64,000 nt of DNA from the human T2T-CHM13v2.0 reference genome, Homo sapiens. Below are positions 16,042 through 28,128 of the stretch, in pieces. The position numbers were made by a program, and so were the translations under genes. Position 1 is the stretch's first letter. Every line of letters begins with the position of its first letter. The stretch lies in the NCBI RefSeq assembly GCF_009914755.1, contig NC_060930.1; one strand, written 5' to 3'. The notes beneath the pieces are model-generated. The model had not been told where the DNA came from. It saw only the letters and a list, made by a program, of their open reading frames with translations, and ran no database searches.

Positions 16042-17910
16042 GAAGAACAGGCTGCAGGGCAGGAGGCTGTAAAAGAGGATGATTGCACAAGTTGATTAAA
16101 TTCCTATAAGCCCTGGAAACACTCCCTGTATGTTTACAGTTGATGTGTTTATTATCAGCAAAATAGTTGCAGAAAGGCAAGACCCGAATCATCTTAGAGA
16201 ATGATTCTCTACTTTAAATAAACGTAAGGTAAATCAGACCTAAATATTTCCACTCCAGTTACTGTTTCCCCTTCCATTTTTTTTTCAGGCTTTTATTGTT
16301 TAACAACTAATAAAAACTTTTCACATTTCACCACTCAGTTTTATCAGTGTATGTTAAAGCTTCTACCTTTCCCATTTTTCTAACTGTTGCCATTAGAGCA
16401 AGAGCAAGAGATTTGTCTGGGATTGGGGAGGTGGCGGTGAGGGGAAAGGGGTGTTGTTGAACTCAGGGAGAGTCTCACAGGGCAATAGAGGTATCATAGC
16501 CAAGGTCTTAACCCTTAACTTTGCATATCCAGAAACTTGATTCTTAGTGCTCAGGCAGAATGAGCACAAACTAATTGGAATGTTTTATTCTAACCTCCCC
16601 AAAGAGATTGGACAACAACCACAATGTCAGTGCATTACATTTTACTTGGTAATATGACTTCCAAAGAGACTTCAATAATTTCATTAACTGGTTGGTACAT
16701 TTGCTCACCTTAATATAATTCATATGAGAGGGCAAAATATAATCCAAACAAAGGAAATCAGTGGGATGGTCTAAATAGACATTTCATCAGACTATTGTAA
16801 TGTGATATGTCGATTGCCATTCTAAATAGCTATTTTATCTCAATATGGGGTTAAGACCAGTTTTCCCTGGATAGTGCCAGAGACGTAATCTCCTCCTTTT
16901 GGATTCACTTTCCCCCTGATTCCGTGCGAAACACCACTTAGAGTTCCTTGATTTTATAAAGTGGTTTCATGCCTCTGCACCTTTACAGATTTAGGCACTG
17001 ACCCCGGATGATTTGGCCTTGTGTGGGCTCTTTTAGGTAAATTTAAGTAACCAATAAAGAAATCTGAGGTGAGTGAGACAGGAAATCGTTCTAATAATGG
17101 CTGGATGCAGGATTTCTATGCAAGGGTCTTAGAAGCTTCGATCCAAGGGATAAGTCCTTCATATCTTATTTACAGAAGGATGGGAAGTGTTTCTAACATG
17201 TTTTAGCCAATCTTGAATACATTTAATTTCACTGAGAGCCTCTCTTTCACATTCCTCATGATAAATAAAAACCACTAAATTCAATACTAAACGTAGATTT
17301 GCTGTGCTAAGCAGTAGGGCTTATAGCTTTGACCAAGTTACAGATAATGGAAGACTTAGTGGCCACCTCTGGAATGAGGCCTTTCACATGAAATGCTAAC
17401 CACCACTGGAAAGAGATTTGCACCAATTCCGATTACCTCCAGAACTGAAACTTAAGCCAACTGGCAATTACTATTACTCTGTCTGTGTTCAATTATTTTA
17501 AAGTCAACTACAGACATGGCAAACTAATTTTAGTGTTACTTTCCTCTAAAAGCGTTTTCTTATCTTTCTTTTAGCTCCACCATACCCCAACCACAAAATC
17601 TGGTAGAGATATTGGTCTACTTCCTGGGAGAGAAGTCAGTATGGGCCTTTATTTGTCCTCACCATTCCTTGTGATAATTTTTCATTTGTTTGTATCTCTG
17701 TCTCTCTAGTTAGCTGTGAGTAGAGGTGATGTCTTATTCCACTTCACATTCAACGGTGAGTGGCAGGTAGCAGGGGCCCAGAAAATGTTGGATACATGAG
17801 TCAGTGAATGGATTGCCCTGGGTCTCCTCTTTTAGATTCCATGAATGCTTTTTTCCTCCTGTTGACACACTGTTTCCTCAGCTACATTAATACAATTAAT
17901 TAGCTTACAC

Positions 17911-18080
17911 CACTGTTTACTAAAATGTTTTTCTCTGCAGGATATTAATGGGCACTATGCAATAAAAGATTTTGGTACTCAAAAAGTCTGTGAAATGCTG
18001 AGTTAAGCAAAGTTTCATAAGACTCTACTGTGGACTTCTTAATTTTAATATACTAATATGCACTTTAAATATTCAAGAAT
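17911..18080 (+). mobile_element. MER103-like hAT fragment
   Basis: GGATATTAATGGG...GAAATGCTGAGTTAAGCAAAGTT...TTTAATATACTAATATGCACT. Confidence 0.6.
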
Positions 18081-18499
18081 TAAACTAAGATGAGCTCCTA
18101 GGGTGACATAATTGAGTACTAAAAAAACCTTAATTTAGTATTTCACACACACACACAAAGATCTTCCAAGAAATGTGTATACTGTAACATTCAGAAAGAA
18201 AGAAATCAGAGGAGGCTAGAGAGAGAATGAAAGAGAGAAAGAAAGAAAAGAGAATGTCCATAATTAAGTTTGTAAAACACTCATCAATGCAGACATATGT
18301 TCTGACCACAAACTCAAATTGTTCTGGCTTCGATGTAAACCGCGCTTATTCAACCTGTTCTTTAAATTCTTTAGTACTTTTCAGCCTCTGACCTTTTAAC
18401 ATTTTCCCAATTGAATGTCTCTTCTTGGGGCTCAGATTCCATTCATATCGCAAAAACTCTTGACAGTATGCTAAGTTATTGTATCGTCTGGTTCTGTTA

Positions 18500-18885
18500 T
18501 CATACCCTTGCTATAAAATTCAATCCTGGATGAAACCAATAATGTGCTTTCACCCTTCTACCTACCCAGACTGCTTACAACTATAGTGTAAACGGCACAC
18601 AGGACGCATGGCTATTATTCTAAATTCATGATCACCAATAATTGGGCTTTCAACTCTGTCCAGTAATTCTACTATGTATTTCTAATCATTTCACTCTCTA
18701 TTCATTTCAGTTACTATTTCAAACAAACGATTTCCATTTTTAACCTCCTATCTCCCTTATCTGTGTTCATCGCATTTATCTTGAATTTACCCATTTGTAT
18801 TTAGCAGCTCTCCGTCTCCTCAACCAAAATGTGAGCTCCGTGAGGGTAGGGACCATCTATATTTTCTCTCAGCGTTTCTAACACT
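18500..18885 (+). mobile_element. L2 fragments
   Basis: CAATCCTGGATGAAACCAA, AAATTCATGATCACCAA and the 3' motif ATGTGAGCTCCGTGAGGGTAGGGACCA. Confidence 0.6.
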
Positions 18886-19607
18886 CAGCTTTTGCCACAA
18901 TAATGCTGCAAAAACAATTAACCATAGTGAGATACAACAATAAGCATTTAGTTCTCTCATGACTGGAAGTTGGCAGGAGCAGCTCTGCTGATCTCAGTGA
19001 GGATCACTCATGGTCTGCTGGTTGTCTGGATGTTGGTGATTTAGACCAAGGGTCTGCAAACCTTTTGGTTTTAATTCAGAAAGTAAATATGTTGGGCTTT
19101 GCAGGCCATATGCAGTCTTTGCCGCATATACTTCTCTTTTTTTTAATTTTTAACAACTCTTTTAAAACACAAAAACTTAGCTTGTGAGCCATACAAAAAC
19201 AATCACAAGCTGGATTTTACCCACAGCCCATAGTTGGCTATCTCCTGATCTAGCGTGTGTTGACTGGGTCCCTCTGCTTCAAGCTGTGGGTCTAATCGAG
19301 CTTGACTGTTTGCTGCAGGTGAGGTTCTAGTCATTTGAGCTCTGGAGCCAGGGCAAGCTCTACTAGTGACAATATAAAAAGCAGAAGAGAGCATATGATG
19401 CTTATGTTTCTTAAGGCTTAGGTTTGGAACTGGGTCACTGACACTTCAGCCCACCTTTTGTTAGCCAAAGCAAGCCAAGTGGCTGACCCCAAAGCCTCAG
19501 TGGAGAGGTTCACTTTGCCTTTTGTAGAAAGCACAGAAAGATACATAGCAAAAAGTATGAACATAGTGAATAGTAAAGAATTGAAACCAATAATTCAATC
19601 TCCCATA
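18886..19607 (-). mobile_element. MLT1-family LTR interrupted by MER58
   Basis: ACAACAATAAGCATTTA...CTCTGCTGATCTC; CTTAAGGCTTAGGTTTGGAACTGG...GCCAAAGCAAGCCAAGTGGC. Confidence 0.65.
19047..19247. mobile_element. MER58 (MER58C-like) hAT-Charlie element
   Basis: Ends CAAGGGTCTGCAAAC / GTTGGCTATCTCCTG; degenerate 8-bp target ATTTAGAC / ATCTAGCG. Confidence 0.8.
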
Positions 19608-19724
19608 TCATTATATATTGGGTATTTAGACGAGCAATTAGTGCCCACTAGGCCCTTACAAATTTAACAAATGAAGGGAGGATTACTGCAATAATTACAA
19701 AATTAACAACAGGCGTGATATAGA

Positions 19725-19875
19725 GAACATGTACTCAGTTCCAGGAGCCATGCTAAACATTTTACATATATCATATTTTTCAATTCTTACATCCGTTTAG
19801 GATGGCTAATATTATTTTCATTTATAGATGGAAAAACTGAGTCTCATATAAGGTAAGTAACTTCCCTGGGGTCAA
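19725..19875 (-). mobile_element. MIR fragment
   Basis: CATTTATAGATGGAAAAACTGAGTCTCA...AAGTAACTTCCCTGGGGTCA. Confidence 0.7.
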
Positions 19876-20767
19876 TTAATATTAAGTTAGACCTCTTTCT
19901 TTCACTCTCCAATTTCTGGGTTCAGGTTATTCTAGCCATTGATATACTGAATTTATCATTGTTAATACAAGTCAAGTTTATCACTTCTAGCTGGCCACCA
20001 TGAAATCCATCAGTATAGCTCATTACAAATGTAGGGTGGTCATCTAGTGGTGAAAGAGGAATTCTATAGGCTGTCCACTAAAGAAAAAGTCAATAAAAAT
20101 GAGGAAAAAAGACTCTGGTTCAGCTTTTGTTTTCCATTATTATTGCTAGAAAAGCACTGTGGCAAAAAAAAAAAAAAAAAAAAAGGAACTGCCTGGAAAA
20201 TCTTTATTAGAAGAAACTCATACATGTTTAAGCACTTTTAAAGGGTGAATATTTCTGACCACCATCTGTTAATCTGTTCTGTCCTCCCTTTCCTAACATT
20301 TACACAATTTCCCATTTTTGGCTTTATTCCCATCTCTATTGGTTTTGGAATCCTAAATTAATCCTGTCAATATTGCCCTCACTGGCAGTCTAGAGTCTCC
20401 CACTTATTTGATAATCCATGGCAGTTCCTACCATACTACTCAAGGTGACAAAACGTTTTGAATAATTTCAATAAACTGTATATGAGAACACAAGTAATTC
20501 ACACTAACAAGTCTTAAATTGGCCTTCTTTCCTGCTTTCTATCTTGGAATTCTTTTCTCACTAATTCCTTGTAAAATATCCTCCTGTTTTATCTCCTGAT
20601 TGAGATAGATGCCATCTGATGCCACCTCTCACAGATTTTTTTCTACCTAAAAACCAGAAGAAAGTTCTTACTTCCCTATTTTTCCTTATTTTTGCTTAAA
20701 TTACTTTTTTTCTTCCCTAACAGCTTATAATGTGTTCTACTTGCATCTTCTGTACACCCTCCACTTT

Positions 20768-23040
20768 TGATATGGTTTGGCTGTGTCCCCACCCAAATCT
20801 CACTTAGAATTGTATCTCCCAGAATTCCCAGTTGTGGGAGGGACCCAGCGGGAGGTAATTGAATCATGGGGACTGGTCTTTCCCATGCTATTCCCGTGAC
20901 CGTGAATAAGGCTCGTGAGATCTGATGGGTTTATCAGAGGTTTCTGCTTTTGCTTCTTCCTCATTCTCTCTTGTTGCCACCATGTAAGAAGTACCTTTCA
21001 CCCTCTGCCATGATTCTGAGACCTCCCCAGCCATGTAGAACTGTGAGTCCAATTAAATCTCTTTTTCTTCCCAGTATCAGGTATGTCTTTATCAACAGCA
21101 TAAATATGGACTAATACAGTAAATTGGTACTGAGAGTAGGGTGTTGCTGAAAAGATAAATGAAAATATGGAAACAACTTTGGAACTGGGTAACAGGCAGA
21201 GGTTGGAATAGTTTGGAGGACTCAGAAGAAGACAAGAAAATGTGGGAAGGTTTGGAACTTCCTAGAGACTTGTTGAATGGCTTTGCCCAAAATGCTGATA
21301 GTGATATGAACAGTAAGTTCCAGGCTGAGGTGGTCTCAGATGGAGATGAGGAACTAGTTGGGAACTGGAGCGAAGGTGACTCTTGTTATATTTTAGCAAA
21401 GAGACAGGTGGCAATTTAGCCCCTGCCCTAGAGATTTGTGGAACTTTGAACATGAGAGCGTTGATTTAGGGTACCTGGCAGAAGAAATTTCTAAGCAGCA
21501 AAGCATTCAAAAGCTGACTTGGGTGCTGTTAAAAGTATTCCATTTTAAAAGGGAAACAGAGCATAAAAGTTCAGAAAATTTGCAATCTGAGGATGCAGTA
21601 GTAAAGAAAAGCCCATTTTTTGAGGAGAAATTCAAGCTGGCTGCAGACATTTGCTTAAGTAGCAAGGAGCATAATGTTAATCCCCAAGACCATGGGGAAG
21701 ATGTCACCAGGCCACGTCAGAGACCTTCACAGCAACCCCTCCCATCACAGTCCTGGAGGCCCAGGAGGAAAAAATAGTTTTGTGGGCTTGGCCCTGGGTC
21801 CCTGTGCTGTGTGCAGCCCTGTGTCTCATCTGCTCCAGCCATGGTTGAAAGGGGCCAATGTACAGCTCAGACTGTGGCTTTAGAGGGTGGAAGCCCCAGG
21901 CATTGGCAGCTTCTACGTGGTGTTGAACCTGCAGGTGCACAGAAGTCAATAATTGAGGTTCGAGAACCTTCGCCTAGATTTCAGAAGATGAGTGGAAAAG
22001 CCTGGATGCCCAGGCAAAAGTTTGCTGCAGGGGCAGGGCCCTCATGGAGAACCTCTGCTAGGGCAGTATGGAAGGGAAATGTGGGGTTATGGGGTTGGAG
22101 CTCCCATACAGAGTCCCTACTTGGGCACTGTCTATTGGAACTGTGAGAAGAGGGCCACCATCCTCCAGACCCCATAATGGTAGCTCCACTGGCAGCTTGC
22201 ATCATGCTCCTGGAAAAGCTGCAGACACTCAACACCAGCCTGTGAAAGCAGCCAGGAGGGATGTTATACCCTGCAAAGCCACAGAGGCAGAGCTGCCCAA
22301 GACCATGGAAATCCACATTTTGCATCAGTGTGACCTGGATGTGAGACCTGGGGTCAAAGGACATCATTTTGGAGCTTTAAAATTTGACTGGCTCACTGGA
22401 TTTTGGACTTGCATGGGCCCTGTAGCCCCTTTGTTTTGGCCAATTGCTTCCATCTGGAACAGCTGTATTTACCCAATACCCGTACCGCCATTGTATCTAG
22501 GAAGTAACTAGCATTGCTTTTGATTTTACAGGTTCATAGGTGGAAGGGATTTGCCTTGTCTCACATGAGACTTTGGACTGTGGACTTTTGGGTTAGTGCT
22601 GAAATAAGTTAAGACTTTGGGGGACTGTTGGGAAGGCATGACTGGTTTTAAAAAGTGAGGACATGAGATTCGGAGGGGCCAGGCGTGGAATGATAAGGTT
22701 TGTCTGTGTCCCCACCCAAATCTCAACTTGAATTTATCTCCCAGAATTCCCACGTGTTGTGGGAGGGACCCAGAAGGAGGTAACTGAATCATGGCGGCCT
22801 GTCTGTCCCCTGTTTTCATGATAGTGAGTAAGTCTCATGAGATCTGATGGATTTATCAGGGGTTTCTGCTTTTGCTTCTTCCTCATACTCTCTTGTTGCC
22901 ACCATGTAAGAAGTGCCTTTCATCCTGGGCCATGATTCTGATGCCTCCTCAGCCACGTGGAACTGTAAGCCCAGTTAACCCTCTTTTTCTTCCCAGTCTT
23001 GGGTATGTCTTTATCAGCAGCACGAATACGGACTAATACA
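20768..23040 (+). mobile_element. Complete THE1A MaLR element: LTR 20768-21118, internal 21119-22690, LTR 22691-23040
   Basis: Two ~350-bp direct LTRs (TGATA..CTAATACA) with THE1A-type ATCTCCCAGAATTCCCA; internal part starts GTAAATTGGTAC; broken internal ORF pieces at 21159-21777; TSD degenerate (ACTTT / CCTTC). Confidence 0.95.
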
Positions 23041-23199
23041 CCTTCCTCACATATGCTTAATTTTAGCCACGCCTCTCCAGCTCTAGAGATTTCCATCAAC
23101 AATTCATTTTTCTTACATTCCATTCTCTCTCCTTTGGCTTCTTTTCTTTTGCCTATAAACATTCAGGTGTATTTTTAATCTAGAACAACATAATTCTTC

Positions 23200-23410
23200 A
23201 CCTCATCACTCCCACAAGCTACTGACTCAGAATTTCTCAATACACTTCTCAAAGGCAGATCATTTATTTCTTATTCCTCTCTTCTTCTCCCACTCACTCT
23301 GCCCTTCCAATTTGGCTTTTGTCTCTAGCACTCTATTTTATCTGTTCTTTTGAAATTGATCAGTGACTATCCCATCACCAAGTCCAGAGACATTTTCGGA
23401 GTCCTCTACC
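23200..23410 (+). mobile_element. L2 fragment
   Basis: CCAATTTGGCTTTTGTCTCTAGCACTC...ATCAGTGAC...CCAAGTCCAGAGACATTTTC. Confidence 0.5.
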
Positions 23411-23429
23411 CAGTGGCATAGATTCTAAT

Positions 23430-23710
23430 CTGGGTCTGAAAGTCTAACAACCAGGCCTTAATATCCCAGTTCATGCCATCAAGCTGAGAGTGAATTCATC
23501 CTTCCTCCATCTTTGTTCTATTTAGGCTCTTAACTTATTGAATGATGCTCACTCACATTGGGGAGGGCCACCTGCTACAGTCAGTCCACCAATTAAAATG
23601 CTAATTTCTTCCAATATCCTCACAGATTCATCCAGAAATAATGTTCAACCAGTATGTAGACATACCCTGCTCCAGTCAAGTTGATAGTTAACATAAAGTT
23701 AGCCATCATA
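23430..23710 (-). mobile_element. MLT2 (ERVL) LTR fragment
   Basis: CACTCACATTGGGGAGGGCCACCTGCT...CCAGAAATAATGTT...CCAGTCAAGTTGA. Confidence 0.8.
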
Positions 23711-24115
23711 CTAAATGTACTAAATTATCGTGAGAAGAAATATAATGAACCATAACTGAGCAAAAACAAATTAGAAATTTCCTCTCAATAAATACTTCTC
23801 AAAAAATGTTGAATCCCAGTTAATCTTTCCGGTAAATTATTTATTTTCAGAGAGCAGCAAATACTGATTTCTTTTGCAACGGTAGAGTTCAAGTATCCAA
23901 AATGACAAGGGTGGCGCACACAAAAAAGAGAAGCTGCCTATCATATGAATAGTCACACAAAGATATCTATAAAGTCTTACCAAATGTTATCCAATTATAT
24001 TAGAAGGAGCCATAATTTATCATGACTGTATAGAGTTCATCCCAGAAACATAAGTTTAGATCAATATCAAGATATTTTATAAAAAGAGGTTAAATTAAAT
24101 AATTATATCAATTAA

Positions 24116-24631
<516 letters not shown>

Positions 24632-25672
24632 TCACTACTTCCTATTGGGGTGGTGGAACCGAGAGCTAGAAGACCAGGCAATCTTACTCAATTATTTCTT
24701 CCTTATTTTACGCACCAAGACCTGCTGATTCCCTCTCTCCTGATCTTCTCACTATTCACTTCTCTCTTTTGCATTCTTGTTGAACTGTTGAGACTAATTC
24801 CTCATATCTTATCTCTTTTTCTGGGTATTTTAAGTGGTCTTCTTGGTGGTGGAGCCTTATCTCCATCTAATTATTAAATTCTTCACAAATTATTTTTCTA
24901 AAATGCAAACCTGCTCATAATTTTCTTCTCATTTTAAATCTTTTTACAGCCTCACATTAAATTTTTTTTAAGATGCAATTTAAGGCAGAATAATGTAGCG
25001 CAGCCCCCACTTTCAGATCTGAAGCTGAAGCCAGGCATAATATGTAAAGCACCCAGCATAGTATAACATGGACTACATATATATGAATGATGTATAGCAG
25101 ACTAGTGATATATAGAAGATGTTGCACTTACGTTAAAATCTCCTTTTAGGTAAAATGCTTCACTCAAATCCTCTGAGAGTGCAACTGACTTTATTCAGAG
25201 TCAGGCTGCGTGGAAAAACCACTTGTGTATTCCAGTTTGGATAATCAAGAAAGAGGCTTATTTGCTCTGCTAACAGAGGCTTTTCCACTCATGTGCACTT
25301 AAAGCTACAAAAGGTAGATATAACCAGAAGCAGTTCCTTCTGCTTGGATAAAAATTGGAAAAGCTCTGTGCATTGACATGCACAATCTTAGGCATTGGGG
25401 GCAATTTTTAAAAAAAGAAGTGGAAAAAGCAAGTAGCAGATGTTGGACTCGCAGTGGCATGTAGTGGAGGCAGCTGCAGGGCAACTGTTTTCTATCTGGA
25501 GAGCCCTTTGGAAGAGCTTTTGAGGTTCTTCAAATATTTGATTAGAATTTCATGGATGCCAATGCTATATGAGAAAGCTTAACATTTTAGTGTTCTGCCT
25601 AAAGTTTTATTGAAAATAAAATCCTGCTAAGGCAAACAAACAGAAAACGTTAAAAAAAAAAAATACCAGTGA

Positions 25673-26130
<458 letters not shown>

Positions 26131-27133
26131 CTTATCCCCACTAATTTTTCCAAGTATACAGAATGCCTAGTACCTAGGAAAGGGTGCTAGTCTTTTCTCT
26201 ACTCCTCAACTGTTACCATCGTAAAACATGTAAGATGTACTGGGTTATACATTCATTCAGAATATCTCTCAAAGGCAGAAGGACTAGAATTTTTTCTGTG
26301 AGGATGAACATATCAGAGTGCCTTGATACCAGTGTATAAAAATCTACCACAGGTTTATCTTAGAGATACAAGATTTAAATGCCAAAATATTTCTGTGTTT
26401 AAATCACCTGTAGTTAAATCTCAAAATTCTTTTTCTGAAAAGAATCAAGGAAAGCAACTTCCTTTTGTAAGCTTTTTGTTTAAAATTGGACTCCTAACCT
26501 TTAGGGGAGATGGTGGCCCTTAATTTATCCTGTCCTGCAGGATCTGGAGACCTCCTCAGCACTGGCAAGGTCTGTCCCCTATCCCTTTCATTATATATTC
26601 TCTTAGCTGTCTGAAAATCCTCTATGTACAATGTATGTTATTTCAGGTATGGACAATTGTCATACTTTGGATAAAATAATAAATTAATCCCAGCAGACTG
26701 TCTTCTCTTTTATAATGGCATTTATAAATTGCTGCCTCGTTGCAACATTTAGAAACCCACAATGGTGCAAGCCTAGTTCTCAAGTCACTCCAAAGGTGTT
26801 TGGCCTTCTGAAACCTCCTTACTTTTCATTATGAAGCTTCTTTACTTTCCATTTTCCTTTGAGTCACAAATTTCTGCCACCCTGCTTCTGCATGAAGTGT
26901 GTGCTCTGTCTAGTGACATAGCTCTGCTAACCCTTATAAGCAGGCATTTTCAGTCTTGTGCCACCAGGCCTGCATCCTGTGCCTTCTACCGGGGAATTGC
27001 TTAGGCCAGTGAAAATTGACTTCTAAGGAAGGTTTTTTCCTTGGCTATATTTTTTTTCATGGACTCAAGAAATGAAGCTCCAGGTGATGTTTTGAAAGCT
27101 AGTACTGCTTCTCTCTTAATCTCCTTACTTTTT

Positions 27134-28128
27134 CAATATCTCAAAGTGTGGTCCATGAACCCCTGGAAGTCCCTGAGACCTATTTAGGAGGTCTGTGAGG
27201 TTAAAAAATATTTTCTTTATAATGTTAAGATGTGACTTATCTTTTTCACAGTGTTGACATGTGCATTGAAAGTGCAAAAGCAATGATGAATTAAAGTGTT
27301 GACACCTTAACACAAATCAAGACAGTGGCACTAAACTGAACTGTTGCGGTAGAAATTGTGTTCTTTACCAACATGGATTCACATGAAGGAAAAAGAAAGC
27401 CAGTTCCACTTAAAAATAACCTTAATCAAGCATTAAAAATTACTGATTTTATTAAATTTCAACCCCTAATGATACACATTTTTATGATTTCGAGTGACAA
27501 ATTGGGAAGTATGCATAAAGCATTTCTGTTCCATACTGAAGTATGATGGTTGTCTGTAAAGAAAACATTTGTGTGATTGAATTGCAAACTGAACTAGCAA
27601 CTTTTTTCATGGAAAGTGGTATTTACCTTAAAGAACAACTGTCAGATAAACTATGGTTTTACAGATTTCAATATTTGGCAGATTTTTTTTGTGAAAATGG
27701 ACAAATGCGCCTGTCATTTCAAGCGGTAGAACTCAAATTTGATGCCAGTGGTCACACTTGAACTTCTAAGCAAAAGTTAGAATTTTGGAAAAGTCATGCG
27801 AACCACACTGGGCTGGACAGCTTACAAATATATGAAGATATTTTATGTGATTCTTAGCACTATTAAGAATCGTTTTATATTTTATAATGTAGTGGGGCAG
27901 CGTGTTAACATTTGGAAAATCTGCACAGCTCAGTGAACCAATATTTTCCAAATGAGTAATACATAATTTCAAAATATCATGCCTTGGCAAAAAAATTATG
28001 CCAGATAGACCAATAAATTTCAATGTAAAAAAAAACAATGAAAAGTTCACTGATAGGGTTGTAAATATTTGCACGTTCCAAATACTCTTTAAGAAACACA
28101 CTTGTAGACTTTTGTATAGTGTCAAAAA
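27134..28128 (+). mobile_element. Charlie1a-like hAT DNA transposon, right end missing
   Basis: CTCAAAGTGTGGTCCATGAACCCCTGGAAGTCCCTGAGACC left end, then transposase-remnant sequence (GTGCAAAAGCAATG...AATCAAGACAGTGGCAC). Confidence 0.8.

Larger units (their letters stand above)
14917..16138 (-). mobile_element. ERV1-class solo LTR (MER67-like) hosting an Alu fragment and an LTR12F
   Basis: TG...CA ends with 4-bp TSD GTTG (14913-14916 / 16139-16142); minus strand starts TGTAAACATACAGGGAG...TATAGGAATTTAATCAACTTG; family name tentative. Confidence 0.65.
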
